Assembly (NCBI GenBank): GCA_965644295.1 | Contig: CBFFRP010000200.1 | Span: 62,001 to 126,000 of the forward strand | Direction: 5' to 3' | Length of the DNA: 64,000 nt | From: Paraphysomonas bandaiensis | Taxonomy: Eukaryota; Protista; Chrysophyceae | Shown: one piece after another, positions 32,041 through 45,438 of the stretch | Position numbering within the stretch: position 1 is the first letter of the stretch | Layout of the letters: every line of letters begins with the position of its first letter | Translations under genes and position numbers: made by a program | Notes under the pieces: generated by a model | The model's database searches: none | Seen by the model: only the letters and a program-made list of their open reading frames with translations | What the model was told of the DNA's origin: nothing

Positions 32041-32322
32041 TGGAATATTCGTATAAGTCTACAGTATCTATAGTTAATGAATAAATGCAGTCCTTGATGC
32101 TATTCTGCTTGCTACTTCCTTCTGTCGGTAGAGAACATGCATCCACAAACAGCTTGCGTTATCGGCGATCGATATCTTGCCATCCACGCTGTACGGCACT
32201 GCTGTACTATGCGTTTCTTATAGAAGTTGGAAATCCAATATTTTGTACATTCTACCATCAAATTCTCTGTTTTTCCATCAATTATCGTGATTTTTAGGAG
32301 TAGATAGTCCTTTACTTTGTAG

Positions 32323-32535
32323 ATATCTAGGAGACTTTTTTCGACAAAGCGGACCAGTCTGGTCCCACTTTATTTTTTTGTATTGTGTTTTTTTGTATGG
32401 AACATGAGGGTATGGAACGTGTGGAGCTTTGAAATTGTGGTCAAAATGACCACAATTTTTTATTTCGAGTGGGACCAAATACAGTCCGACAAGTGGAGGG
32501 CTGGTCCACTTTGTCAAAAAACGTCTCCTAGATAT
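32323..32535. mobile_element. MITE-like element, ~210 bp, ~35-bp imperfect TIRs
   Basis: atatctaggagacttttttcgacaaagcggaccag ... ctggtccactttgtcaaaaaacgtctcctagatat, with internal IR tggtcccact/agtgggacca and a perfect hairpin at 32432-32458. Confidence 0.7.
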
Positions 32536-32699
32536 ATGAATAACACTGCAGGTACAGAGTCTAGAAGTGTATATAGCATATGAAGAACAAGGCCATACTA
32601 CTCGTTTACTATAGCAGGTAGTTATGTATCAGGACATGCACCTGCCACACCAAACTATTTCACTAGTATGAATCAATTCTGAAGTACTCTATCTGTACC

Positions 32700-33215
32700 A
32701 TGTCTTCTCGCAAGATAAAGGCTGAAGAGATGATGCGACAGTATACATCAGAATTCTCTGAAGTCCAAGTAGCAAAATCAGAAGATATATTGGAGCTGAA
32801 GCGCAAAGGAGATTGCCCGGTTGTCCTCATTGATGTTAGAGAACGTGAGGAATATGAAGTATCAATGATACCTGGTGCTATCACATCCACAGAGTTCAAT
32901 ACTTTGAGAAATGAATCGGAGATCGATGAAAATACTATTCTTATTCCTTACTGCACTATTGGATATCGCAGTGGTTTATATTCTAGAAAACTTATTGCTG
33001 ATGGTTATAAAAATGTCCGTAACGGAGAAGGGATTGTCTTGTGGACATACTCTGGTGGTAGGTTGGTGCGTCGAGATGGTAAAAATGAAGTGAATACGGA
33101 TAGAGTACACACTTATGGATCGAAATGGGATGTTGCAAGTGAAGAATTTAAAAGTGTGCAATTTAGCTCTTGGTATGGTATTTACAAAGGGGTACGATCT
33201 TATTTTGGACTGTAA
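32700..33215 (+). CDS. Single-domain rhodanese-like protein, intronless
   Basis: VLIDVREREEYEVSMIPGAI and active-site loop YCTIGYRSG. Confidence 0.88.
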   Translation: MSSRKIKAEEMMRQYTSEFSEVQVAKSEDILELKRKGDCPVVLIDVREREEYEVSMIPGAITSTEFNTLRNESEIDENTILIPYCTIGYRSGLYSRKLIADGYKNVRNGEGIVLWTYSGGRLVRRDGKNEVNTDRVHTYGSKWDVASEEFKSVQFSSWYGIYKGVRSYFGL

Positions 33216-34379
33216 TATTATCTGCAATTCGAGTAATTGGTTTCTTGTTTTTCATTTTGATGAATGAAATACTGGGAGAGTATATAAGGTTTGTTGTACA
33301 TATTAATCCAACATTGTATTTTGTGTTCATGACTAAAACGTAAGTCTCACATTATGTTAAGTTTACCGAAGCTGGATGCTTATATAGTTATATTTAACCA
33401 CGGGTAGCACGGAAGCTACATCATCCAACATTTACTCCTTATCGATACGTTAAATTTTAGCTTACGCTCGTAATGCTGAGAGCCTAATATATCCAGAATG
33501 TGTAGCTATTTTCAGTTTGCTTGTTGTAAGAGGTAATTGTATGTTCTTATTAACGTGAAGAAAGCACATGAAAAATCAAAGTATTTTTTCCAATCAATTG
33601 TATATACATATGGGAGTGACTATTTTACTAGATTAGAAAAAAACTTGTGCAGGTAGATTGCTTGCACTGAGGACATCATTATGATCTTCTATATCAGAAA
33701 AAGTGTGGAGTACAACTTGCAGCATTTGATGATATGCTTTCGAAAGTAAAATTACTCATCATTGTGGTTTTCCTGAAATTGTGTAATATAAATGGCTGTC
33801 AGTATTCAATATCATAGTCAAGACAGATTAGTATCTATGTATCTATTCGAACCGAATTTTGATGTTGAATATCTATATATCTATATTATCCCAGTACCCA
33901 GTACTATTATGAGCGTACCGTTGATCCCAATTCAGGTCTTAGAAAAAACGTTTTGGAGACAGAATAGGATAAAATAATGTATACTTCTGTATTGTACAAA
34001 TATATTATATATTGTACACTGACATAGATAATAGATACTAGAGTTCAAATGACTGTCAGAGTTATTGGCGTGACCATCGAGGTTTTGTGTGTAGCATAAA
34101 CGGACTGTATATTCACGGGAAATTGTCAATATAAACATGCAACTAATTGTCAATATAAAATAGTGGTATGTAGTATGTATAGCTGTATGCAGTATTCGTG
34201 AAAGTACTATATTTTGTGTATTTTAAGGTTATAAGAACCTTTCATGTACTAGCTGCCAACAAAACTGAAATGTCCTCGCGAATTCCAACACGGGGCCTTC
34301 ATCATATCCACAATCTCTATCGCTAAGCAAAAGAAATATAAGTTTTTACTTAGCAGTAATACACTTACTATTCGTCAAA

Positions 34380-35354
34380 TTATTTATTCAACTCAACTGC
34401 CTTTGCCACACATTCTTCAGTGTCTAAATCTTCCAAAGAATCAAATAAACTCTTCCCCTTAACCTGGGGGTCAACACTCCATTTCTCAATCGTATCTCTC
34501 GAAATACCTGCGGCAAGCAGCTTAGCGCCGAAAGGGTCCGCAGCAATATCAGTTTTAAGCCAGTTGGCACGCTCAGCCAAGCCCTCGAACGGACTCGCAC
34601 TAGCGTGGACGCCGTTATCCCCCACGTTGGGCTGATACTCGAGCCCCAAGGACTTCCAGTCCTTCAGGATTTTGCCTCGAAGAGAGTCGGCGGGGGCCTG
34701 GGCAGGATCAGTCGGTCCAAGAACATTACCTCGGAAATCACTCCACGATATATCCGAAGGAGAGAAGTCAACCACATAGTAGTGAATGCTAGTTCCGGGA
34801 GTGACGAACTTATTGCGCATTGACATAAAGAACCCATTAAATACATAGATTGGGGTTTTCCCGGGAACTGAAACAAGGCCACAGTAAAACCCACCACCGA
34901 ATTTAACCTTTTTGGCAGGGCCCCAGGCTTTATCGAGTTCATCAGCCGTGATACCCAAATGCTTGCAAGCATCCAATGCATTGAACACCAGTCCATCCTT
35001 CAGTGCTTTCTGCCAGCTAATGCCGAAAGTGTCCTGGAACTTAGCAGCAGGTACAGGTAGTTGTTCAGGCTTCATAAGAGTCGCCTTGGATGCAATTGCA
35101 TAGTAATGTTGATCGATCAGGCGGCCCTGGTCAATCTGTTCTCCAGTCAGTTCGCCTTCCTCAAGGACACGAATTCCCTGTGTGCTAAAGGATCTAGACA
35201 CAAGTTGCTGAGTCTTGGGGGTATTTGCGTGAGGCTTAATAAAGACGAAAGCAGAATTCCTGGATTCGCTTTCACATTCTACATTTCTCCATCGAAAGGC
35301 TCCCATGGTAACTGCAACAGATGCAGCAGCAGAAATTCGAGAAAGAGACATCAT
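34380..35354 (-). CDS. Atypical long nucleoside-diphosphate-kinase-like protein with N-terminal targeting extension, intronless
   Basis: AFVFIKPHA, DQHY, FRGNVLGPTDPAQAPADSLRG, DNGVHASAS (catalytic His motif). Confidence 0.85.
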   Translation of the reverse strand: MMSLSRISAAASVAVTMGAFRWRNVECESESRNSAFVFIKPHANTPKTQQLVSRSFSTQGIRVLEEGELTGEQIDQGRLIDQHYYAIASKATLMKPEQLPVPAAKFQDTFGISWQKALKDGLVFNALDACKHLGITADELDKAWGPAKKVKFGGGFYCGLVSVPGKTPIYVFNGFFMSMRNKFVTPGTSIHYYVVDFSPSDISWSDFRGNVLGPTDPAQAPADSLRGKILKDWKSLGLEYQPNVGDNGVHASASPFEGLAERANWLKTDIAADPFGAKLLAAGISRDTIEKWSVDPQVKGKSLFDSLEDLDTEECVAKAVELNK

Positions 35355-35872
35355 TGTTATCTTAGTGATGAAATTGTAATATCTTTAAGAGATGAATATA
35401 TATCGTTGCACTTTATTATGCTTGCAATCTATTCACATCCACACAACGACTTCTATTGCAACATTCTTTTGGGCGATAAGAAATCCATGCAGCGTTCCTG
35501 TCCGCATAAGTTGCAGATGTATTATATCGTGCGTGTATTCATATTGGTATATAGTCCACCATACGTAGACCAGTACGGATGTGCCAGCCAATCACATGAA
35601 GGGATTGCTACACCAGAATACACTGTAGAATGTCGACTACATGCTCCTTTTTTTTTGTGGTACTTCAGAATACAGTATAATACAGTGGACGGATACTGTG
35701 GATGGGTCTAGTTTTTTGTGGTTTGGAAGGCATCGATATTTCTGGCGGCCCTCCACATACACACACATGGAGTCATATGTATGCATATCTATACATAGAT
35801 CACTACACACCATCACTATCCACTCCTCACTTGATATTACATTAGCTCTGTGTGGTCCATTGACTGAGAATT

Positions 35873-38800
35873 ATGTCGCAACGATTTGATAGTGTGTGTG
35901 ACAAACTGAATTTCCCTGAAGAGGAGGAGAATATACTGCAGTACTGGAAGGAGATCGATGCCTTCAATCTCACTTTAAAACTATCAGAAGGTCGACCTGA
36001 ATACACCTTCTACGATGGCCCTCCTTTTGCCACTGGATTACCTCACTACGGGTGATGTTATGCAACATGTGATTGTATGTCGTAATGTTTTCTGTGCAGA
36101 CATATACTAGCCGGTACTATTAAAGACACTGTTACCCGATACGCCCACCAAACTGGTCATTATGTGTCACGAAGATTCGGATGGGATTGTCATGGGCTTC
36201 CTGTTGAGTACGAGATCGACAAAGCTCTCAATATAACCGACCGTAACCAAGTATTGGATATGGGTGTTGACAAGTACAATGCCGAGTGCCGCAGTATAGT
36301 TCAGAGATACACCAAGGAGTGGGAAAAGACAGTCACGCGATTGGGCCGCTGGATAGATTTTGAGAATGACTACAAGACTATGGATACAGATTATATGGAG
36401 TCTGTGTGGTGGGTCTTCAAGTCCATATTCGAAAAGGGTCTTGTTTACCGGGGATACAAAGTGATGCCTTACTCCACTGCCTGCACCACCCCGCTATCGA
36501 ATTTTGAAGCAGGATTAAACTACAAGGAAGTGTCCGATCCCGCTGCTGTTGTTTCTTTTCCCCTTGTAGATGAGCCAAATGTAAGTCTATTGGCATGGAC
36601 GACCACGCCGTGGACACTCCCTAGCAACCTCTCTCTTTGCGTTAACGAAAAGTTCGAGTATGTCAAAATCAAGGACAAGACTCGGGATAATCGTGTGTTC
36701 ATAATCCTTGAGAAACGTCTTAGTCAGATCTTCACCGAACTTCGTAAAGAAGGAGTGACGGATGAACAGAAGGCGGAACTCTACGAGGTCTTGGATCGAT
36801 TCACGGGAGATAAACTTGTGGGATTGCGTTACGTGCCTCTCTTTCCTTATTTTTCTTCTCTGGAAACCGCCTTCCGCGTCATCAGCGATAATTACGTTAC
36901 AGAGGAAGGAGGAACTGGTATCGTTCACCAGGCCCCTGCATTTGGTGAAGATGATTACCGTGTCTGTATTGCCCACGGGATTGTGTCTAAAGGCGAGGAT
37001 CTGCCTTGCCCAGTTGATGCCAACGGAAGATTTACCTCTGATGTTACTGATTTCGTAGGCAGGTATAACGCGTTGAGAGAATTGTTTATGCATAACTCTT
37101 GCCATGAATGCGCCGAAAATTTTGTGGTGTTATAGCCATACTGCTGGTGTTGTATTACCACTTCAACTGTTGTGAAAAGTGCTTGCAATATGGTTCTGTG
37201 TACTGACTATTCCCTTAAAAGGTATGTAAAGGATGCTGACGGAGATCTGTGTGCGTATATCAAGAATGCTGGCCGACTGATCAATCGTGAATCCTATGTT
37301 CACTCATACCCCTTCTGCTGGCGATCCGAAACTCCCCTTATATACAAAGCCGTACCCTCCTGGTTTGTATCCGTCGAAACGATCAAGGAGAACCTCGTGG
37401 CGAATAACCTTCTGACCTACTGGGTCCCTGCAGTGATCCAGGAGAAGCGTTTTCACAACTGGTTAAATGATGCAAAAGACTGGGCTATTTCTCGTAATCG
37501 ATTTTGGGGCACGCCACTTCCTCTCTGGGTCTCAGATGATATGGAAGAGATCGTGGCTGTGGGGTCGATCGATGAACTCTACGAGTTAAGTGGAGAACGA
37601 CCTACTGATTTGCATAAGGACAATATTGATCACATTACTATCCCCTCCAAGAAAGGAAAGGGTATGTTAAAGCGAGTTGACGAAGTGTTCGACTGCTGGT
37701 TTGAATCCGGATCGATGCCCTATGCTCAGATGCACTACCCTTTCGAAAACAAAGAACGGTTTGAGAACGGATTCCCTGCTGACTTTATTGCGGAAGGGTT
37801 GGACCAAACCCGCGGTTGGTTTTACACACTCATGGTGCTCAGCACTGCACTATTCGACAAGCCTGCTTTTAAGAACCTCATTGTGAATGGTCTCGTGTTG
37901 GCGTCTGACGGCAAAAAGATGTCTAAGCGATTGAAGAATTACCCTGATCCGAATGAAGTCACTTCGAAGTACGGTGCGGATGCACTAAGGCTATACCTCA
38001 TCAACTCACCTGTGGTGCGAGCGGATGTTCTCAAATTCCAGGAGAGTGGAGTCTCAGAAGTTGTTCGCGGGGTGCTGTTGCCTTGGTTCAATGCGTTCCG
38101 CTTTTTCGTACAATGTGTGGAGCGATGGGAGCATGATCCCACTCTCGATAACTCCGACACTCCTGCTCGCAAATTTCAGCCGTCTGTGGAAGTATCCCGG
38201 TCTTCCACTAATGACGTTGATATATGGATTCTGGCGGCTACTATGGGGCTAGTGAAGTATGTGCATCAGGAGATGCAGGCGTATCGCTTATACACTGTGG
38301 TTCCACGCTTAGTAGGGTTTATTGAGGAGCTAACCAATTGGTATGTGAGGTTGAACAGAGAGAGATTGAAGGGGGCACATGGAGATGATGAAGCGTTCCT
38401 CGGTCTTAATGTGCTGTACGAGGTTATGTTGACCATGACTCAGATCATGGCTCCTTTTACTCCATTCTTCACTGAATACTTGTATCAGCACTTGCGCAAG
38501 TATCATCCCAACTTCAATACCACTGACGATACTGTACCTGTGGATGCAGTGGGCAAAGGACCGACAGTACATTGCCTTTTCCTTCCTGCACTGGATGAGA
38601 GTCGAGTAGATGATCGTGCTGAGGCCAGGTTTAAGACACTGCAGCAGGCAGTACAGCTGGCACGCCTTGGGCGAGAACGTAGACACATTCGTAACAACCT
38701 TCCGCTGAAAGATGTACTTGTGGTTGCCTCAAAAGAAGAAGATGTCGAGGCTCTCAATTTCTTGAAACCATATTTCATGGGTGAGATAAATTCGTGGGCT

Positions 38801-39637
38801 GTCACTCTCAGCACTGACTGGCAGGCCTACTGTTCTATCAAGGTTATCCCCAACTGGAAGGATTTGGGCAAGAGACTTGGAAAAGACATGAAGGCTGTTG
38901 GTAAGGCCATTAATGAAATTAGTAATGCCGATGCCATGGCATTTATTGAGAAGGGATCTATGGAGATCTGTGGTCATGTGCTGACATCTGATGACGTTGT
39001 CGTTCGTCGCCAATTTTCTGGCGATGCTAAACGGTACGAAGCTTGCGTGTCTGATGACGGATCACTTATTGTTGCTATCGACACTACTATGGACGATGAT
39101 GTTTACGAGGAGCTGAGGGCGCGCACACTTGCCGCGGCGGTTCAGCGCATGCGCAAAGCTGCCGGCCTGGTTGTAACCGACAAGGTCGAGGTATTTTATG
39201 ATGAGCCCACTGGAAATGCCCTAAAGACCTCTCTAGCCACGCATGCTGTGTCAACTGTAAAGCGAATCAAAACCTTCCCGCTTCCTGTTGCGCTAATGCC
39301 AGTCGGTGCTGTGCGTATATGTGAGGAGGTTATTGATGACCGTGATCTTAGCGCGACACCTGTGAAGGTGATTCTTACCCAACCATGCGTGTCTGTGGAT
39401 ATTGGGGCCGTATCTTCCTTATGTGAATCAGCCTCACTAGCAGGGTTGTTTGCGGAGTATCTTGTCACGCTGGATATGGATGCCGCTCTGTCACAGGAGC
39501 TAATCTCAGTTACAATTGATAACAAAACCCTGGACTTAAAACGTGGGGTGCATTACTTTGCTTCCGCGAATGAGATGTTGGCAGCGTCCACAGATCTCCA
39601 AACCAAGTTTGGCATTGTTCCTGCTCATGAAGTTTAA
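35873..39637 (+). CDS. IARS1: Cytosolic isoleucyl-tRNA synthetase, 3 exons
   Basis: [15 protein letters not shown]|HILAG (intron within the HIGH motif), [62 protein letters not shown]. Confidence 0.97.
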
Positions 39638-39921
39638 CGGTTAGATGTTTGAGTTGTTTCGAAATTGAATTGTTTGGTAGGCCAGTCTTGAGTTGGGTCG
39701 AGACTACAAAGGGGGTATAGCAATCGTAAGATAATAATTTACAGGGAAGGTTATAAAAAAATATTTTTCAGTATTTCATACATACTCTTATATCTATTCT
39801 TAGCAGTGGAAAGAATGGCTGCCATGTTATTTGTTGTCTAGCTCAAGCCCATTATATCTAAAACCAGGGCTATTATTGATGAAATTGGGACATAAATCAT
39901 AATTGAAATTATAATTGATTC

Positions 39922-40215
39922 TATTAGAATATGGATCTTATTCTAGTATATTCAGTATGTCACTTCAAGACAATGTACGAGAATACAGTGAAATATAGTG
40001 ATGTACAAATGCTGTGATGATATTGAGAAACTGAAATAGTTTGATCGTTCAAGATATGTTCAGTAACGAGAGGTTCGCATATGTAGGATATTATGCAGGG
40101 ATTATAATGAGTTAGTGTTGGTTATCACAACTTCGTGTAAACGATATTAATAAATCTATCTAGTCTTACGACAAATTCTCTCTGTGATCTAGTGTAAAAT
40201 GAGCGTTTCTCAATA
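39922..40215 (+). repeat. 5' LTR (TATT...AATA)
   Basis: Matches 45145-45438; contains AATAAA and the gag ATG at 40199. Confidence 0.95.
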
Positions 40216-43200
40216 TGGTAGCGAGCGAGGAGGAGAGAAGGAGGATAGAGGAGTAGTGCCACAGTTTAATGAGAGCAATGTTGAACAATGGATTGAAGAC
40301 TTCGAAACGTTCCTCATGAGGAAAGAGCAAAGTGAAGTAGCGGTGGAGCCACCACCGAAGGAAAGCGACTTTGGGAAACAGCCACTCACGTTAATGGAGG
40401 AGAAGTCTTACAGACAGGCTGTGAAGAAGTACTGGAAGGCGAATGCCATAGCGTATTCGTACTGCAGAGAGGCAGTGCAAACATCTTCGAAGGCGCTTCA
40501 GAAATTCCATCTTCTACATAAAGGGTTCAAGGCTGATGGAAAAGGAAGCAACAGGTTTAAGGCGCATATTATGATTGATGAGTTGAAGAAGTGCTTTGCT
40601 GGAGGGAAGCAGAACAAGATCAGTGAGCTGTTGACTCAGTATGGATCTTTCCGTATGCGTCCGGAGGAGACTGCGAAGGACTATATAATACGGTTTGAAA
40701 TACTGCTGAAAGAGCTACAGGAGCAGCAGCAGGACATATCGGAGCTCTCAAAAATAACACGGTTACGAGAAGGTCTGTTGAATGAAGAATATGCTCCTCT
40801 GAATGTTGCTTTGTATTTGATGCCTGATGATGTTGATTATGCAACATTATCAAGGAAGATAGAAAGGTATGATGATACCATTCCTGGAAGGATTGCGTTA
40901 GAGCGGAAACGCAAGAAGGTGGAGGAGCTGAATTTCATTGAAAAGAGCAAACGGTCTCGAACGGAACGGGATAAGCGTAAGAAGGGCAACTGTAGATATT
41001 GCAGGAAAGAAGGAATTCCTCATAGCCATTCAACTGAACAGTGCAGGAGGAAGCAGAGGAAGAAGGATGGAGAGATATCAGGGCAGCGTCCTGGAAGTGC
41101 TGAGTATACGGGATGCAGAAATTGCAAGTCTCTGGAACATCTTGCTGCTGATTGTCCAACGACGAAGAAAAAGCATTCTAGAAGAGGAGAGAAAGGGAAG
41201 AATCATGGTAGGAAGCCGGACAAAAGGCTGCTGACAGTAGAGAATATACGGCGTGGAGAACCAGCAGATTTCTCTGATGAAGATGAAGCAAATATGATCG
41301 AGGATGTTATGAAATTGTCATGCAATATACATGAAACGAATATATGTAGTGTAAATGATGACATGCATTATACATATATTGACACCTGCTGTTCATCATC
41401 AATGTTCTTGATGAATGATGTGACCATGCTTGACACTCATATGAATACATCAAAGGTGATAAACGGCTCTAAGAAGGGATCAGAGATTCATATCACAAGT
41501 GTGGGTTCCCGTGGAGCATGGAGAGACATAGAAATTTCAGATCAGATCAATCGATGCCTGTGCTCCGGACGTAAGCTGAACGAAATGGGCTATCGATTCA
41601 CGGTGTGGTATGGGATTCAAATTTATGACTGTAATACTGGTGAACTGGTACTGGAGGGACCCATGAAGAATGGAATGACTGCAGTTCCAACTCAGCAGCT
41701 GTTGGAGCTTCCAGATGTGTCTACACCGAGTAATTGTGAAGTAAATCTTAGCGATAGGACTGGTGAGGACGAGCTGGAGTTGCTGCATCGGAGAGCGGGT
41801 CACTTCAACAAACATGCTTTAGTGGAGGCACATAAGAGGATGCTCATCATGGGTACAGGGTTGAAACGAAAACACCTCACAGCCAAGGTACACAAAAATC
41901 AGTGTTTGTGTGATGTGTGTGCTAGGTCTAAGATAACCCGAGTCAGCTTCCGAACGAAGGACGAGAATTCCGTTAGACCGAATTTTTCAGCAGATATCGC
42001 TGTGTACTTAAATTGTCCTGCTAGAGGAGGTGAGAGGTATGTGTTAAAGATAACGCATCATGCCAGCAAAATGTTCTGGGCGACGGGTTTAGTCCACAGA
42101 ACTGGGGAAGCGGTCTTAGAAGTCTTCAAAGAGCTATTTAGAGGAGATGTTAAAAGGTACAAGCTCAAGATGGAGCACTATCATGCAGATGGTGCAGGAG
42201 AGTTAATCAGTGAAGAGCTGCGTCAGTATCTTAGGACACAGGAGTGCTATCAACATACGTGGAGCTCAACAGACTCTCCAGAAATGAATGCCATAGAGGA
42301 GAGGAAGTTCAGAACTGCTGGAGAGATGACTCTTGCAATGTTAATCCAATCTGGACTGCCACCGCAATTTTGGCTGGATGCATACATGGCAGCCAGATAT
42401 ATTTTGATTCGATTGCCAACGAAAACAGATAAAGGGTATATGTCTCCTATAGAGTTTCTAACGGGCGAGCCTCCAAATTTGAGATATCTTAGGGTATGGG
42501 GGTGTCGAACTTATGTTCTTTCACCGAAGGCGGATCGACGAAAGGATTGGGAGGATAAGGCTCTCTAGTTGGATATTTAATGGGTTACTCTGATGAGAAG
42601 GTAGGATACCATGTATATCTTCCTGAATCAAACAAGGTGGTGACTACAGTCCATATATTGACTGATGAGTCAACGCCATCACGATCAGAAAAGTATTTCG
42701 CAGAGATTGATGCTCTTCGAGTGCGGGAGGCCGCTAGACCCAAGCTTGCATCCGACTATGTCAGCTTAGAAGGAACGTATCATATTATTGATGATGAGGA
42801 CGGACTTCTGTATAAGACAACAAGAGTTGTAGAACGTAAGGGTGTGATCGTAGCATACCGTTCACTTGTTACTGCAGGTCGCGAGCATATAGAGCACCGG
42901 GTGCCTATACACGTCGAAGACGTGGTGCGTATGACTGCAGAAACCCCCGGGAATACCGGGTACATAGGAAAGGGGGACGCCCTGAGTACTACGCCAGCCA
43001 GGGAGCTGGACCAGGGAAGACCTGGAGGGTTCCAGGAGAGTCCTGACCCAACCTGTCAACAGACAGTCGTGAGGTTGCAGACCTTGACAGACCGTGGGTC
43101 TGGGGATGCGAGCGGGGCTCCTCCCACACCGCAAGATTTGCGGGCTCAGGATGAGCAAGGTATGGGTTCGTATATATCTACTAGACGACCTATTGAACTA

Positions 43201-44965
43201 GATGGTGATGGTCGTGTACGGCGGAAACGGCTACAGCGTAGGTTGGCGAACGCATCGGTGTTAGGAGAAATAAATATGGTTGAGGTGCCAGATGCATGCA
43301 CTGTTAACTTTAAACATGCAGAGTTTCAACATGATGACTTTAAGATACCAGACTCCTATGCTGAAGCGGAGAGATCTCCACAGTACATGAAGTGGCGAGA
43401 AGCTCGGAAGGTGGAGAAGACCTCACTACTGAAGAGACGTGTCTTAAAGATTGTGCGGACTCCACGGGGAGTGAAGTTGGTGCGAGCAAAGTATGTTCAC
43501 ACGGTGAAGAGAGACCTTCTGGGGAATGTAGTCAAGTATAAGGCGCGGCTGGTTGCATTAGGGAATCTACAAGAAAAAACGGAGGAGGAGCAGTCCACGT
43601 TTGCTCCAGTGGTCAAAGGAATAACCATTCGACTGGTCCTCGCGATTGCGTTTATGTTCCATATGCATGTACATCAGTTGGATGTATCATCAGCGTTTTG
43701 TTATGCCGATCTTGAAGAGGATGTTTATATGGCACCTCCACCTGATGAAGAGTTGCCAGCGGGGTGGTGTTTTCAATTGATCAAGGCCTTATATGGTTTG
43801 CGGTCATCACCGAGGCAGTGGAACAAGCATATTGACAAGTTTATCAAATCGTTACATTTTACTGCTTGCATTTTAGATACATGCTTGTATATATGCGATG
43901 GAGTAATGGTCAATTGCACTTATTGCTGATATATGTTGATGATATTATCATTGCATCTGCTGATCTCACCTACTTAGAAAGTGTTAAACGTAGGTTCTGC
44001 GAAACGTTTGAAATGCACGATCTGGGTGTGTGCAAACGGTTTCTGAATATCAGAATCACGAGAGGAGAGGACTGGTACATGTTAGATCAATCGGAATATG
44101 CCAAGAATATTGTAAAGAAATTCGATTCGTTTATGGGGAAGAGCAGTAAGAATAAGGAGACTCCACTACCTACCAATGTTCAGGATTTGTTGGCAGAGCA
44201 ACGTGAGCTGACGGAGGAGCAGAAGCAGTGGGTCGAATCATTTCCGTATAGAGGAATTATTGGAGCGGTGTTGCATTTGGCGATTCACACTAGACCTGAT
44301 CTGGCTTACGCTGTGGGGTTATTGGCTCGATTTAGTACTTCTCCAACATATGCGACTTGCAGATTAGCTATTCATTTGTTGAAATATTTACGTGGTACAG
44401 TTGATAAGGGAATCAGATTCAGTGGGAGTGAGTTTGATTTACATGTATTCAGTGATTCAGACTGGGCTGGTGATAGGATGACTAGGCGGTCCACAACGGG
44501 ATACATCGTGCTTTTATGTGCGGGCGCTTTGGCCTGGCAGTCAAAAAGCTTCAGACCACAGTTGCGACTTCGAGCATGGAATCTGAGTATATGGCGGAGT
44601 ATGCGGCTTTGCAAGAACTGGTGTGGCTTCGGGGGGTGTTCAAGGAGCTCGGACTCTTGGTAGCGAAGCCGACTCCATTCTTTATGGATAGTAAGAGTGC
44701 AAAGGATCTTTCAGAGAATCCAGTGTATCATAAGAGGTCGAAGCATATTGACATCAAGTATCACTGGATAAGAGAACATGTTAATGGCAAATTTCCTACA
44801 GCAAAGTTGATTCATGTATCTACGGATGATATGGCGGCCGATATTTTTACAAAGGCGTTGTCCACGAAGATCTTCAGCCGTCATGAGAAAACGATTACCG
44901 GGGTTAAGAGGAGTGTGTCTAACAGTGTGGAGGAGCAGCAGAAGAAACGACCCCGAAGAGGTTAA
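40199..44965 (+). pseudogene. Copia gag-pol polyprotein broken by three frameshifts (about 42563, 43890, 44544)
   Basis: Zinc knuckle CRNCKSLEHLAADC, protease YIDTCCS, integrase HRRAGH...CDVC with D..D(HADGAGE)..E, RT YKARLVA, QLDVSSAF, LYGLRSSPRQW, YVDD, RNase H FSDSDWA, HKRSKHIDIKYH, ADIFTK. Confidence 0.93.
40216..40227 (+). promoter_or_regulatory. Primer-binding site TGGTAGCGAGCG, probably for initiator tRNA-Met
   Basis: Directly abuts the 5' LTR. TGG complements CCA, and TGGTAGC matches initiator-Met PBS starts such as Ty1. Confidence 0.75.
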
Positions 44966-45144
44966 AGGTGTGTTTTAGCGGGTGAAAATCCCACATAACT
45001 GTATATCTAGTTGACTGCTAGATATATATGTATCTTTAAAAGATTTCACATCTGTTTTTACCTATGGGACTAGATAGTCATAGCATTATCAGATTATTGT
45101 GATCACTGTTGTTTTATCTCACTGCATTCTACATTGAGTGGGAG

Positions 45145-45438
45145 TATTAGAATATGGATCTTATTCTAGTATATTCAGTATGTCACTTCAAGACAATGTA
45201 CGAGAATACAGTGAAATATAGTGATGTACAAATGCTGTGATGATATTGAGAAACTGAAATAGTTTGATCGTTCAAGATATGTTCAGTAACGAGAGGTTCG
45301 CATATGTAGGATATTATGCAGGGATTATAATGAGTTAGTGTTGGTTATCACAACTTCGTGTAAACGATATTAATAAATCTATCTAGTCTTACGACAAATT
45401 CTCTCTGTGATCTAGTGTAAAATGAGCGTTTCTCAATA
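45145..45438 (+). repeat. 3' LTR, preceded by polypurine tract gagtgggag (45136-45144)
   Basis: Matches the 5' LTR and is followed by the GATTC TSD. Confidence 0.95.

Larger units (their letters stand above)
39922..45438 (+). mobile_element. Full-length Ty1/copia LTR retrotransposon (5,517 bp), TSD GATTC
   Basis: Two 294-bp LTRs that look identical by eye; TSD at 39917-39921 and 45439-45443; PBS; PPT; gag-PR-IN-RT-RH domain order. Confidence 0.97.

Noticed and set aside
44538-44552. Programmed -1 ribosomal frameshift in Copia pol
   Set aside because: Only five A's and no canonical slippery heptamer; the shifts fall inside IN, RT and RH, and motif spacing fits 2-nt insertions.
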